Assembly: GCA_963674965.2 (NCBI GenBank)
Contig: CAXXFL010000007.1
Location: 832,001-896,000, forward strand
Length of the DNA: 64,000 nucleotides
DNA from: a bacterium
GTDB taxonomy: Bacteria > RBG-13-61-14 > DATKZS01
Direction of reading: 5' to 3'
Shown: piece by piece, positions 19,129-29,588 of the stretch
How the letters are laid out: every line of letters starts with the position of its first letter
How positions within the stretch are numbered: the stretch's first letter is position 1
The notes under the pieces: model-generated
The model's database searches: none
The model's input: only the letters and a program-made list of their open reading frames with translations
What the model was told of the DNA's origin: nothing
Made by a program: the position numbers and the translations under genes

Positions 19129-19770
19129 TCAGGCGCTCATGAGAACGAATATGGGAAGGGAGCCGTAGCCGACCGCCACCGCGATGGCGAAGACGAAGCT
19201 CGCGGCCCTCACCAGCGGCGTGTACTTGGGGTGGTTGGCCCCCACCGTCTGAAAGGCGCTCCACAGGCCGTGCTCCACGTGCAGGGCCACGACGAGCATC
19301 GAGACCACGTAGAACAGGGCGTACAAGGGATTGGTGAGAACGCCCGACACTATCTCGGATATGGTATTGGCGTCATGGTCCGCGAAGTGGAAGTTCACGA
19401 GGTGGATGACGATGAAGAAAAACATGAAAACCCCGGTGTAGGGCATGAACCCCACGCCCAGGGTCTGGCGCTCCGACTTGTGCGTCACCGCGTAGCGCCG
19501 GGGACGGGCGGCCCGGTTCCGGATGAACAATAAAAGGCCCATGCCCACGTGAACGAGGGCGAAGAATAGAAGTCCCAGCTCCGCCAGGGTTATCAGGGGC
19601 CCGAGGGAATGAAGTTTTTCCGCGTAGGCGTTAAAGGACTCATGACCTCCGAACATGGTGAAGTTGCCGGCCAGGTGAGTGGTCAGAAAAAAACAAAAGG
19701 CCAGTCCGGTGACGGCCATCATCTGTTTCTTTCCGATTGAAGACCCGAGAAAGCTGATTATCCAGTCCAT
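19129..19770 (-). CDS. sdhC: Succinate dehydrogenase cytochrome b subunit (b558 type, single membrane anchor)
   Basis: SSIGKKQMMAVTG, about five TM segments with heme His (HLAGN, HV, HL, HVEHG), SAFQT.G. Start at ATG 19770 with GGAGG RBS. Confidence 0.9.
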   Translation of the reverse strand: MDWIISFLGSSIGKKQMMAVTGLAFCFFLTTHLAGNFTMFGGHESFNAYAEKLHSLGPLITLAELGLLFFALVHVGMGLLLFIRNRAARPRRYAVTHKSERQTLGVGFMPYTGVFMFFFIVIHLVNFHFADHDANTISEIVSGVLTNPLYALFYVVSMLVVALHVEHGLWSAFQTVGANHPKYTPLVRAASFVFAIAVAVGYGSLPIFVLMSA

Positions 19771-19995
19771 CCTAACCTCCCGATCGGACCAGTGATTGGC
19801 AAGGCCCGGCGCCGCGGGCAATCTATTCACTTCGTAAAAACCCCGGCGGCGTCCGGGATCAATATAAATAACGATTGTTATATTATAGGGGACTCATGCT
19901 TAATAATGCAAATGACTAATACCAAATATCCGACGATTACGCAAAAAACCTCACGGCATATTTGCCACGCGCCGCGAACGCGATTCGCGAGCGCC

Positions 19996-20628
19996 CTACT
20001 GGCTCCTTACGATCTTGAGGCAGACCATCTGGCAAAGGACCGTTATATCCTCGGCGGGCAGAAGGCCGATGGCCGACGAGTCGAACAGGATATTGATCTC
20101 GGCTGGAAACTCCTCGTCCGGCTCGTAGAGCACGAAGATATAATCGAGTCTCGGCAGGGCCCTGATCTTGAAGGCCAGGTCTCCATGTCCCTCGATCTTT
20201 TCCGCTCCTATCCTCATCGCCGCGTCGGCCAGATGAGGAAGACGAGACCCGAATACCGAAAGCAGTATCCCGGAGGTCCGCTTCAAGAAAACGGGGTAAT
20301 AGGGCGCGCCGTCCGGGACCTGCTTATAAGTGATAAGCTCGTTGGAGGGGCCGCCGCCGTCCGCCTTGACGAGGTAATGGAGGGCCACGATATTTTCCCA
20401 CGTCTCGGGCGCGGGTCCTCCATCGCCCGGCTCGAGGTCAAGGGATGACTCATCAAGCGCGTAGACGCGATCGATCATCTTCACTTGAATCTTGCCGCCC
20501 ACTCTGGCGAAGCCCGCTTTTTCCGCCTGGCCGCCGAGGTCCATGCTCTGGAGTTCCTCCTTGGCCAGGGCCAGTGAAGTCTCCTGGTTGGTCTGTCTGG
20601 GAAGCTCGTATTTCGATTTGTCCGGCAT
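19996..20628 (-). CDS. DUF3786 domain protein (acs-cluster associated)
   Basis: LHYL, PDG..YY..F, ALPR, DEEFPA..ILFD, AED. Start MPDKSK lies downstream of the acsE terminator. Confidence 0.75.
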   Translation of the reverse strand: MPDKSKYELPRQTNQETSLALAKEELQSMDLGGQAEKAGFARVGGKIQVKMIDRVYALDESSLDLEPGDGGPAPETWENIVALHYLVKADGGGPSNELITYKQVPDGAPYYPVFLKRTSGILLSVFGSRLPHLADAAMRIGAEKIEGHGDLAFKIRALPRLDYIFVLYEPDEEFPAEINILFDSSAIGLLPAEDITVLCQMVCLKIVRSQ

Positions 20629-20662
20629 TTTATCACCCGCGGATAAACGCTCTTTCTTCTTG

Positions 20663-20714
20663 AAAAATGAAACGGCCCCAAGGACCTTTCGGTACCCGGG
20701 GGCCGCGTTCATTT
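20663..20714 (-). terminator. Terminator after acsE
   Basis: Minus-strand GC-rich stem GGCCCC...GGGGCC, extendable with AAATGAA/TTCATTT, followed by a T-tract. Confidence 0.6.
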
Positions 20715-20738
20715 ATATAGTCATAAGATCGGGGGAGG

Positions 20739-21626
20739 TTATCCTTCCAGCCACGAGTCGGAATAGAGGGTCTCTCCCACGAGCACCTTGGCGGTGCGGT
20801 AGTATTTAAGCTGCTCCTCGGACAAGGAGTCGACGCCGACGGACTTTCCATCCATCACGTCGTAGGTTAACTGAACGATGTCCTCCTTGCCGCCCTTGGC
20901 GATGGCGATAAGGTCCTCGTCAAAGGCGTCCACGATGGCGGAGTACATCCCGTAGCGCATAAGCATGATGAGATAGGAGCGGTTGAGCCACTCCCGGAGC
21001 TCGGTGGGAGCGCCGTTGGAAATATTGGAAAGTCCGCAGGTGCTCTTGGCTCCCGGCACCAGGTCCTGCAGGGTCTTCATGAACTCGATGCAGGACTTGA
21101 CCTGGTTGATCTCGACCGACACGGGGCTGACGATGGGGTCGATCCACAGCCTCTCGTTGGGGAAGCCCAGCTCGGTGGCCTTCATCATGGCCTCGGCCGC
21201 GAACATGGCCCGCTCGTTCTCGTCGCGGGGCATGCCGTCGGGACCCCAGAGGACCACGATGATGTCGGCGTCGTACTTGGGCGCCAAGGGGAACACGCGC
21301 TCCATCTTGGCGGGCTGAAGGGTCACGGAGTTGATCAACGCGGTGCCGGGCTTGACGACCTTAAGGCCGGCCTCGACGGCGTCGCCGTTGTAAGAGTCCA
21401 GGGCCACGGGGTTGTCCACCGCCTCCTGGACCGCCTTGACCACGAAGGGCATGAGCTCCTGGCCGTCCTTGCGGGCGGGCCCGATGTTAAGGTCGATATA
21501 ATCGACGCCCTGCTCAGCCTCGGCCTTCGCCATGTCCTGAAGGGGGCCGGCGTTCCTTTCCTTCATGGCCGGACCAAGGGTCTTGGACATGACGTTGAGG
21601 TTTTCACCGATGGTTACGCACTTCAT
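20739..21626 (-). CDS. acsE: Methyltetrahydrofolate:corrinoid iron-sulfur protein methyltransferase
   Basis: Pterin-binding barrel motifs IGENLN, IDLNIG, LINS, IDP, GLSNISNG. Directly after acsC. Confidence 0.9.
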   Translation of the reverse strand: MKCVTIGENLNVMSKTLGPAMKERNAGPLQDMAKAEAEQGVDYIDLNIGPARKDGQELMPFVVKAVQEAVDNPVALDSYNGDAVEAGLKVVKPGTALINSVTLQPAKMERVFPLAPKYDADIIVVLWGPDGMPRDENERAMFAAEAMMKATELGFPNERLWIDPIVSPVSVEINQVKSCIEFMKTLQDLVPGAKSTCGLSNISNGAPTELREWLNRSYLIMLMRYGMYSAIVDAFDEDLIAIAKGGKEDIVQLTYDVMDGKSVGVDSLSEEQLKYYRTAKVLVGETLYSDSWLEG

Positions 21627-21641
21627 TTTCACTTTCCTTTC

Positions 21642-22979
21642 TTAGGACAAGTCTTTGAGGAAACCGGCGAGATGCGCCGCCTCGCGCGGACCGATGATGA
21701 TTTCCCAACCGGGCAGCTCCTCCTCGAGCTCGCCCGAGATGCTGGCGACCATGCCGGGGATGACGAGCCGTTTCTTGCCCATCTTGTCGGCCACGCCGCT
21801 CTTGAGGATCGCCGGTCCGATCAGGTCGGCCGCGAACTTGCCCGCCGCCCATCCGGTCAGGACCGAGAGCCCCTCGGTGTCGACCACTATGAGGCGCGCC
21901 GGGGACCTGCTCGTCTCCAGTTCCCCGGAGACGATGAAGTAGGTCAGCGAGAAGTTCGAGGTCACGAGAAGCGGAGAGTTCTCGTCGGGGTTGTTGAAAT
22001 CGTAAACGCCGGGCTCGGTGGCCATGGGCCTTTGCGGGTCGGTATATATGTTCATCCGCTCGACCAGGAGCGGGAACAGGTACTCGGCCTTGAGGTCGGA
22101 AAGGACCACGATACCCGCGTACTTGGGTATGAAGATCGAGGCGTAAAGGGCCTCCTTGAGCGGGTCGTCGGTCATCTCGCAGGGGAACGTGATAATCGGA
22201 TACCCCAGCGGCCGGAAAGTCTTCTTGATGGCCTGGCGGCGAATCTGAATCTGGTCCTTAAGCGCCTGCTTGATTTGCCTCGCGCCGGCGTCGATGAATA
22301 TCTTCTTCAGGCCGGCGGCCGCGAGCTTTTCGGTGACCGCGGCCACGCCGCCGAGTCCGTCGCCCTTGGCGGCCACGGGAACGTCCAGTTCCTTGGCCAG
22401 GGCGGCCATGGCGTCGACGTTGTCGGCCGTCGCCGCGTAGAGCAGGGGCTGCTTCGCCTTCAGGGGCTCGGCGGCCTTCTTGAGAGCGTCGAGGTTCCCG
22501 CTGACCAGGATCAGGGGCAGACCCGTTCCCTCGTCGGCCTTCTTGGCCAGGGCGGCGAGCTTGTCCGCGTCGTCGCTCTTGACGGCCACGAGGTCGCAGT
22601 GAAGGGCCACGCCCACGCGCTCGTACTTTAACTCGTTGGCGGCCTTGATCCTCGCGTCAACGGCGGCGGCGTCCATGGCGTCGGTGAGAAGGACCGCCAC
22701 TCCGGTCGGAGACACGAAGGTCTTCTCATGCCGGAACAGGATCGTCTCTCCGCCGGACTTGAACGCGCTATCGCCGGAGCCGATGGTGACGGGAAGCACC
22801 GGCGGCTGGCTCGACGCGCTAAGTTCTTCAGCGGCCGCCGAGTCCACGTGCGGGCACTGTGACAGTTCGGCCTTGCCCTGGGTGAGCTGCACGGCGAAAG
22901 CCATGCAGGTGGGCACGCCGCAGTCGCCGCAGTTGGTCTTCGGCAGCTTTTTGAAGATTTCAATTGGTGATACGCCCAT
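21642..22979 (-). CDS. acsC: Corrinoid iron-sulfur protein large subunit
   Basis: LPKTNCGDCGVPTCMAFA, FRHEKTF, NIYTDPQRP, NFSLTYF, GLSVLT.WAAGKF. Confidence 0.96.
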   Translation of the reverse strand: MGVSPIEIFKKLPKTNCGDCGVPTCMAFAVQLTQGKAELSQCPHVDSAAAEELSASSQPPVLPVTIGSGDSAFKSGGETILFRHEKTFVSPTGVAVLLTDAMDAAAVDARIKAANELKYERVGVALHCDLVAVKSDDADKLAALAKKADEGTGLPLILVSGNLDALKKAAEPLKAKQPLLYAATADNVDAMAALAKELDVPVAAKGDGLGGVAAVTEKLAAAGLKKIFIDAGARQIKQALKDQIQIRRQAIKKTFRPLGYPIITFPCEMTDDPLKEALYASIFIPKYAGIVVLSDLKAEYLFPLLVERMNIYTDPQRPMATEPGVYDFNNPDENSPLLVTSNFSLTYFIVSGELETSRSPARLIVVDTEGLSVLTGWAAGKFAADLIGPAILKSGVADKMGKKRLVIPGMVASISGELEEELPGWEIIIGPREAAHLAGFLKDLS

Positions 22980-23031
22980 TTGCTAACTCCTCCTTAAATA
23001 TTCCTCCCACGTGTTTCCAATTACCTTTGGC

Positions 23032-25242
23032 CTACATGAGCGGGTCCATGCTCAGAACGGGATGGCCCTTCTCGGTGATGTAGGCGAGAACTTCCTCCTC
23101 GGTGACGCCCACGGTCTCGTCGGCTATCTTATCGAGAAGGTCCGGGTGGCCCAGCTCGGCGGCCACCTTGTTGAAGCGCTCCGCGATCTCTTCCTTGAGC
23201 TTCTTGGGCATCCACACCATCCTGAGAATCCCGCCCTCGGCGGAGAGGAACTTCTTGGAGGTGATGTAGAATTTCGAGTGGCCCACGAAGCCGGGGGTCA
23301 CCGCGCCGCCGCCGACGGTGCCGGCGAGGGTGGTGAACTTCATGCCCACGGGGGTCATGCCCTTGTAGTCGCGGTCGACGGTCATGAATCCCTGGCAGGT
23401 CCAGAGCATGGCCGCGATGGCCTCGAAGCAGCCGCAGGAGGTCATGGGCTGGCGCAGGATGCCGTAGGCGTCAACCGACTCCACGTTGCCCCTGCTGGCC
23501 TTTTTCACGAACTCGTTAACGCCGGTCCAGACGCCGTAGGTCTTATCGATGATATCGCCCTTCTCGACGGGCTGGTTGGGACCGGTGGGGTTGATCTCGT
23601 TGCTGGCCTTGCAGTCGAGCCAGTTATAGGCGCCGCAAAGGCCAGGACGCTCCGGCGTGACCACGCACACGTGGTTGGGCGCGAAGCTCTGGCACAGGGT
23701 GCAGCTGTAGAAGGGGTCCGTCGTCTCGTCCTTCATGTCGGCCAGACGCTCGTCGCGGGTCTTGTACATGCCCCGGGCCTTCTCGGTCAGTTCCTTGACC
23801 TTGTCCTCCTCGGTGAAGATCGTTACCTGGACCTTGTCGAGGATCGAGCCGAAGTCGCCGTGGAACTTGGCGTGAAGTATCTTGCCGATATGCTCGAGGG
23901 CGAAGCCCTTTTCCACGGAACCCTTGTTGATGCGCACCCAGGCGATGTCGCGCTGCCCTATGTGCATGATGCCCTGGGCGTAGTTCAGAAGATGGTGTAT
24001 CTGGCGCTCCAGGATGGGCTCGAAGTCCTTCTGCATCTGGCGGCCCGCCACCTCGACGTATATGCCAAGGGCCATCCTGGTCCCGGGATCGATGTCCTTT
24101 AAGTCCTTGCCGATGACGGTGACCTTGCCGTCCTCGATCGCGTTCATGTCCTTCATCTCGACCAGCTCGACCGCCTGGGTCTTGCCGCCGCCCATCTCCG
24201 TGTAGATGTCGTCGCCGCGCACGCGCTCGCCCTCGAAGGCGGGACCGTAGGCCACGGGTACCGGTACCTTGGCGATGGTGACCTTAAGTCCGCGGACCTC
24301 GGTCGACTTGGCCACGATCTGGTCGTGGGGAACGTTGGAAATAACGTGCTCGTAAGTGCATATGCCGGTGGGCAGCACCTCGGGGATCGGCGTGTCGGCG
24401 ATGACCGGGAACCCGTAGTTGACCACGCCGGTGCCCTGGGCGTACCACTCGTCGGTAACCAGGCCCATGGTCATGGCGAAGGCGAAAACGCGGTCCTTGT
24501 TATAGATAAGGATCTTGCGGTAGTCGCCGGGCTCGATGCCGCCGAAGCTCATGGCCGCGCGGGTGGCGAAGCCGACCGCGAAGGCCGCGCCGGCGGCCGC
24601 GCTGTCGGAGAAGGGCACCAGACGGGTGCTCCAGCCGATGTCCATGCCCGCGTCGCGGAGCTGCTGGCTGAAGGTGTTCCCATGCTCGTCCTGGCCGCCC
24701 ATGAACACGTAAAGGCTCTTCTCGAGAAGCTCCTGGGCGATGTTCTTGGCGACCTCGGGGCTGGGGGCCGCGCCGAGAATGGCGGCGAAGCCGGGGGCCG
24801 AGCCGTCAACGAACTCGACGCCGCGCTTCCTGAGAATGATGTCGTCGGCCGCGCCGACCCAGAGCTTGTCGTCGGGCGGGTCCTCGCCCTGCGCGTAGTA
24901 GTTGGGGTCCTCGAGGTAGCGGATGGCCTCGGCCACCTCCGTCGCCCAGAAGTTGACCATGCCGGCGTCGAGGGCCGGGGCCAGGTATGGCAGGGGGTTG
25001 TTGGCCTTGGGCGCGGGGGGAAGGAGCTTCTTGCACATCCCGATGACGTCCATGGCGTCTTTCAGGTTCTCGACCTTCTTGCCCGTGATGCCGTAGGTAA
25101 TGGGAAGATAGTATCCGGTGTTGGGGAAACCTATCTCCTGTTTCTCTCCATGTTTATCTATAGCTTTTTTTACTTTTTCCTCGGCGTTGGCAACTATCTT
25201 GTGAGCGCCTCTTATCGCCGCGGACGCAATAATTTTAGACAC
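23032..25242 (-). CDS. acsB: Acetyl-CoA synthase catalytic subunit (bacterial type)
   Basis: FPNTGYYLP. A-cluster ligands CTLCQSFAPNHVC, GLCGA and PMTSCGCFE. RMVWMPK. Confidence 0.97.
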   Translation of the reverse strand: MSKIIASAAIRGAHKIVANAEEKVKKAIDKHGEKQEIGFPNTGYYLPITYGITGKKVENLKDAMDVIGMCKKLLPPAPKANNPLPYLAPALDAGMVNFWATEVAEAIRYLEDPNYYAQGEDPPDDKLWVGAADDIILRKRGVEFVDGSAPGFAAILGAAPSPEVAKNIAQELLEKSLYVFMGGQDEHGNTFSQQLRDAGMDIGWSTRLVPFSDSAAAGAAFAVGFATRAAMSFGGIEPGDYRKILIYNKDRVFAFAMTMGLVTDEWYAQGTGVVNYGFPVIADTPIPEVLPTGICTYEHVISNVPHDQIVAKSTEVRGLKVTIAKVPVPVAYGPAFEGERVRGDDIYTEMGGGKTQAVELVEMKDMNAIEDGKVTVIGKDLKDIDPGTRMALGIYVEVAGRQMQKDFEPILERQIHHLLNYAQGIMHIGQRDIAWVRINKGSVEKGFALEHIGKILHAKFHGDFGSILDKVQVTIFTEEDKVKELTEKARGMYKTRDERLADMKDETTDPFYSCTLCQSFAPNHVCVVTPERPGLCGAYNWLDCKASNEINPTGPNQPVEKGDIIDKTYGVWTGVNEFVKKASRGNVESVDAYGILRQPMTSCGCFEAIAAMLWTCQGFMTVDRDYKGMTPVGMKFTTLAGTVGGGAVTPGFVGHSKFYITSKKFLSAEGGILRMVWMPKKLKEEIAERFNKVAAELGHPDLLDKIADETVGVTEEEVLAYITEKGHPVLSMDPLM

Positions 25243-25278
25243 GGCAAATACCTCCTTTTCTTTTTATCAGGCTAAGCC

Positions 25279-27228
25279 TTACTCCATCTCGCGCCTGTCG
25301 GCCATATCCATAAGGACGCGCTCCCTGGCCTTGTCGATGCCGAGGGCCTTCCTCTTCTTGTCGATATGGGCGATCATCTTGTGGGCGTGCTTGATCGGGT
25401 CGGGCTCGAAGTCCCACATGCCGCCCAACTCGGCCTCGAGTTCCTCGAAGAGGTACTTGACCAGGTTCTCCGCCCCCATAATGGGGAAGGTGGTCCCGAA
25501 GACGGTGTAGACTCCGGAGGCGACGAAGTAATGGCCGATGGAGATGGCCTTCTCGCTCATCCACTCGGGCGCGCTTCCCGCGGCGGGCAGGTCCGAGATG
25601 TCGTCGCCCAGTCCGCCTTCCTTGACCACGGCGGCGGCGGCGAGCAGTATCCTCGAGTTGTCCACGCAGGAGCCCATGTGCAGGACCGGCGGGATGCCGA
25701 CCGTCTCGCAAACCTCGGCCAGTCCGGGTCCGCAGAACTTGGCGGCCGACTCGTGAGTGAGCAGTCCGGCTTTGCCGCAGGCCATGGCCGAGCAACCGGT
25801 GGTAAGAACGATGACGTCGTTCTTGAGGAGTTCCTTTATAACGGTCAGGTGGCCGTCGTCGTGGGGGGTCCTGGCGTTGTTGCAGCCGACCACGCCGCCG
25901 ATGCCCCTGATCTTTCCGTTGATGATGTTGTCGTTAAGGGGCTTGTAGCTCGCCCTGAACATCCCGCCCAGGAGGTAGGAGATGGTCTCGTGCGAGAAGC
26001 CGGCCACGACCGGTTCCTTTTCCTTGGGCACGGCGACCTTCTTGGGGTCGCGGTTCTTGAAGTTGTCGATCGCGGCCTCGACGATTTCACGGGCGCTGGC
26101 CAGCGCGTCGTGCTCCTCGAACTGGATGTGCGTGGCGTCGGGTATATTGGCCCGGTAGTTGGTGGTGATCAGCTTGGTGTGGTAGCACTTGGACACCTCG
26201 GAGAGGCTCTGCATGATGCACTGGACGTCCACGATCATGGCCTCCAGGGCGCCGGTGACGATGGCCAGTTCCTGCTGGAGGAAGTTGCCCGCGATGGGCA
26301 GGCCGTGCCTCATGATGATCTCGTTGGCCGTGCAGCACATGCCGGCGATGTTGATGCCCTTGGCCCCGACGGCCTTGGCCTTGGCGACCATGTCCTCCTG
26401 CTGGGCCGCGACCACGATCATCTCCGAGAGCAGGGGCTCATGGCCGTGGACGATGAGGTTGACGTGGTCTTCCCTGAGGCACCCCAGGTTCATCTCGGAG
26501 GCGATGGGAACGGGCGTTCCGAACATTATGTCCTGCAGGTCGGTGGCGATCATGGAACCGCCCCATCCGTCTCCCAGGGCCGCCCTGCTGCACTGCTTGA
26601 TGATGTTGTGGTATTCCATGTCCACGCCGATGTGGGTGCGGTGCATGATCTCGACGATCTCGCGGTCGATGCCGCGGGGCTGGATGCCCAGCTTCTTCCA
26701 GAGTTCCTGCCTCTTGAGGGGGGCCCGCTTGAGGCATACCAGAGGCTCCTCGCTCTGGCTGCCGTACTCGGAAAGGGCCTTTCTTCCGACCTCGATGGCG
26801 ATTTCCTTGTCGTCGCGGTCGGCGATCTCGACCCCGTAGTCCATGGCCACGGCGTAAAGCTTCTGCCTGTCCTTGACCTCGTAGCCGGGGATTTTGCCCT
26901 CGGCCGCCAGGAGGAACACGTCGGCCACGGCGCGGCCGTGGTCGGAGTGGGCCGAGGCGCCGGCGGCGACCATGCGCGCGAAGTTACGGGCGGCGATGGT
27001 CTCGACCGTGGCGCCGCACACGCCCCTGGGGGCCTTCTTGGTTATGCGGCAGGGGCCCATCGAGCAGATGCGGCAGCAGACGCCGTCGGCGCCGAAGCTG
27101 CACCTGTTCTTCTGTCCTTCCCTGACGCGGTCAAAGCAAGTGTCGCATCCATCGGCCTTGGCCTTCTCGAGGAGAGGGGCCACGGTTGGATCGACGCTGA
27201 TTATTTCCTTTTTCTCTTCATCCGCCAT
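25279..27228 (-). CDS. cooS: Ni-Fe carbon monoxide dehydrogenase catalytic subunit (AcsA/CooS)
   Basis: C.FG..GVCCRICSMGPC, AHSDH, HGHEP, GMCCTANE, VDVQC, GCNN, TGC, GSCVDN, EWMSEKA. Confidence 0.97.
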   Translation of the reverse strand: MADEEKKEIISVDPTVAPLLEKAKADGCDTCFDRVREGQKNRCSFGADGVCCRICSMGPCRITKKAPRGVCGATVETIAARNFARMVAAGASAHSDHGRAVADVFLLAAEGKIPGYEVKDRQKLYAVAMDYGVEIADRDDKEIAIEVGRKALSEYGSQSEEPLVCLKRAPLKRQELWKKLGIQPRGIDREIVEIMHRTHIGVDMEYHNIIKQCSRAALGDGWGGSMIATDLQDIMFGTPVPIASEMNLGCLREDHVNLIVHGHEPLLSEMIVVAAQQEDMVAKAKAVGAKGINIAGMCCTANEIIMRHGLPIAGNFLQQELAIVTGALEAMIVDVQCIMQSLSEVSKCYHTKLITTNYRANIPDATHIQFEEHDALASAREIVEAAIDNFKNRDPKKVAVPKEKEPVVAGFSHETISYLLGGMFRASYKPLNDNIINGKIRGIGGVVGCNNARTPHDDGHLTVIKELLKNDVIVLTTGCSAMACGKAGLLTHESAAKFCGPGLAEVCETVGIPPVLHMGSCVDNSRILLAAAAVVKEGGLGDDISDLPAAGSAPEWMSEKAISIGHYFVASGVYTVFGTTFPIMGAENLVKYLFEELEAELGGMWDFEPDPIKHAHKMIAHIDKKRKALGIDKARERVLMDMADRREME

Positions 27229-27310
27229 TTTATAACCTCCCTTGCGTTACCGGTCGAATTATTATTAAAGCCAGCCGATTTCGACCGATCAGTTATAGCG
27301 CCGGCCCTTA

Positions 27311-28243
27311 TTACCAAAGCTCGTCGATGAGCTCTTTTATCTTGGCAACGGACTCCGGGTGCCTCATGACCAAAAGGTCAGACCCGGCCATAAGCAGCAC
27401 GACCGCGGTCATGCACTCCATGGCGATGGCCCTTTCCTTGACGGGTCCCATTGTATCGTCCACCTGGCGCGCCTCCTTGCACTTCCAGGTTTCGTGGGAC
27501 ACGAAGTTGATCATGGGCTGCTGCATCTTGTCGTCCTGCTGGACAAGGGCCGCCATCCGGTCGCGCTCCATGACGGAGAAGGAGTACTCCATTCCGTAAC
27601 CGATGCCTCCGGTGGTGGGGTCCATGAGGATTTTTTCCGCCTTGACGCCCAGGTTCATGAGCAGCGTGTTGAGCTGCTTGGCCAGGTTGACGTCGATGGG
27701 CGTGTTGGCCGACACGGTGTTGCCCGAGGCCAGCGCTCCCGCGCCCAGCGACTTGTAGGTGGTCTCCTCGACGGGAGCGATGACGAGGTTCCTGCCCTCG
27801 CACTCGTCGCTGACTTTCCTTAGCACCTCCTGGTCCTTGGCGGTGTTGGCCGTGCCCTGCACTATGAGGGGGACGCTGATGGCGTCGAGCACCTTCTTGA
27901 CCGTCGCCACCGCCTCGTCGGCGGGCGCGTTCTTGCCGTTGGGGTCGGTGCTCTGAAGCCTGATCGAGATGATCTCGGCCCCGAACTCGTCCTGGAGCTT
28001 CTTGGCCCAGGCCGCCGGGTCGCCCAACACGTCGGCGAAGGGTTCCTTGACCGCGTCCGGCCAGTCCTCGGCGCAACCGTCCCACATCTCCATGGCCACG
28101 CGCGGCTTGTTGCCAAGCTCGCCCTCGAAGCCGTGGAAGGGATAGGCCGCGGAGCCGCCGAGCTTTACGGCCTTGTCGCCGGTCCCTATCACGACTTCAC
28201 GGATTTTTCCCGAGTAAGTTTCCTTGATTAGATCCAAGCCCAA
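27311..28243 (-). CDS. acsD: Corrinoid iron-sulfur protein small subunit
   Basis: DPAAWAKK, STDPNG, PIDVNLAKQLN, GYGMEYS.SVMER, VMRHP. Confidence 0.95.
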   Translation of the reverse strand: MGLDLIKETYSGKIREVVIGTGDKAVKLGGSAAYPFHGFEGELGNKPRVAMEMWDGCAEDWPDAVKEPFADVLGDPAAWAKKLQDEFGAEIISIRLQSTDPNGKNAPADEAVATVKKVLDAISVPLIVQGTANTAKDQEVLRKVSDECEGRNLVIAPVEETTYKSLGAGALASGNTVSANTPIDVNLAKQLNTLLMNLGVKAEKILMDPTTGGIGYGMEYSFSVMERDRMAALVQQDDKMQQPMINFVSHETWKCKEARQVDDTMGPVKERAIAMECMTAVVLLMAGSDLLVMRHPESVAKIKELIDELW

Positions 28244-28300
28244 CTTATTTCCTCCTTGTTTATTTTGACCTCAATCTCACGTCCACTCCGACACGGTCCG

Positions 28301-28522
28301 TCAAGCGGGATTTTTCCTCTTCTCGCTGCCGAACCAATCGTCGGAATACCAGTAGCGAAGACCGGTCTTGAGGAATTTGATTATTTCGCCCTTGTCGTCG
28401 CCAAGCTGATCGATCCAGTTGTGCTTGTCTCCCTGCTGGGACTCGCCCGCCTCGTAGGTCTCGCCGAGGATTTCTACCTCGGTCCCGTCAAAACGTTTCT
28501 TTTTAATGGTGGAATCACCCAT
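28301..28522 (-). CDS. Small unknown protein heading the acs operon
   Basis: 73-aa ORF with a full AAGGAGGT RBS, first gene after the AT-rich promoter region. Confidence 0.7.
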   Translation of the reverse strand: MGDSTIKKKRFDGTEVEILGETYEAGESQQGDKHNWIDQLGDDKGEIIKFLKTGLRYWYSDDWFGSEKRKNPA

Positions 28523-28719
28523 TACCCCTAACCTCCTTTCGATTGCCAGCCATCCAACTGAGATTTAATAAAAAAGTACACTTTAAACTATATATAAATA
28601 AACTTAGCCTTTAAACCAGGCGTAAAGTTCGCGCTACCTGAAACCGGTCATTCAACTTTTCTGAATCGAAAATGTTTGGATGTACTACGCCCCCGAAAAC
28701 TACTTTGCGACCGCTACAT

Positions 28720-28749
28720 AGTATACAATGATTTTTGGGCGAATGTCCA
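28720..28749 (-). promoter_or_regulatory. Candidate sigma-70 promoter of the acs operon
   Basis: Minus strand TGGACA-N18-TATACT in a 300-bp AT-rich intergenic region. Confidence 0.4.
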
Positions 28750-28820
28750 GCGGGAATTTCAAGTTTTTTTCATTATATCCTTTAGAAAACATTAATTTTT
28801 TCTAATTTTCATCCGCCCGG

Positions 28821-29588
28821 TCAGGGGTTGTCAAGATCGCGCTTGATCGTCTCCAGCATGCGGGCCGCCGCCGCCTTGGCGGCGTTGTCCTCGGGAAGGT
28901 CCAAAAACGATTTTAAATCAAGGTCATAATCGGTCACAAAGGGGTCCTCCGGTATCGTTCCCAGAAGTCCGACGGGAAGCTCGGAGATCGCCTTTTCCAG
29001 TCTGGGATCAAGTTCCCTGGCCCTTCCAACCACCACGTACTTTTTCATGATGGGCAGGGAAAGCTCGCTTAACAGATCGAAAAGACCGCTTACGGTCCGA
29101 ACTCCCTTCATGGAAGGGTCCGTCACCATCAAAAGCGCGTCGATTCGGGAGGAGGTCCTCCTCGAGAGGTGCTCCATGCCCGCCTCGTTGTCTATGACCA
29201 CGTAGGAATAATTGTCGACCAGGCGCTCGAGGTTGTCGCGCAGTATCGAGTTGGCCGAGCAGTAGCACCCCGGTCCCTCCGGCCGTCCCATGACGAGAAG
29301 GTCCATGTTCTTCTTTTCCACTATGGCCTGGTTGATGCGAAGCTCGAGGAAGGCGGCCTTGGTCATGCCCTGGGGAATGGTCAGCTTCCTGCCGTGGAAC
29401 TCCTCGAGCACCTGTCCCACCGTCTCCTCGGGCGTGATGCCGAGGGCGGGAGCCAGGTTCGAGTTGGGATCGGCGTCCACGGCCAGGATCGGGCCGGACC
29501 CGTTTTTAATAAGGTTCGCCACCAGTAGGGCCGAAAGCGTGGTCTTGCCCGTTCCTCCCTTGCCGCATACCGCTATTACCCTGCTCAT
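28821..29588 (-). CDS. cooC: CooC/AcsF nickel-insertion ATPase
   Basis: GKGGTGKTT, DADPNSNL, GPGCYC, DNEAGMEHLSR. Confidence 0.92.
   Translation of the reverse strand: MSRVIAVCGKGGTGKTTLSALLVANLIKNGSGPILAVDADPNSNLAPALGITPEETVGQVLEEFHGRKLTIPQGMTKAAFLELRINQAIVEKKNMDLLVMGRPEGPGCYCSANSILRDNLERLVDNYSYVVIDNEAGMEHLSRRTSSRIDALLMVTDPSMKGVRTVSGLFDLLSELSLPIMKKYVVVGRARELDPRLEKAISELPVGLLGTIPEDPFVTDYDLDLKSFLDLPEDNAAKAAAARMLETIKRDLDNP

Noticed and set aside
19868-19881. Regulator site ATAAC-GATT-GTTAT upstream of sdhC
   Set aside because: Arms are only 5 bp in AT-rich DNA and match no consensus I can name.
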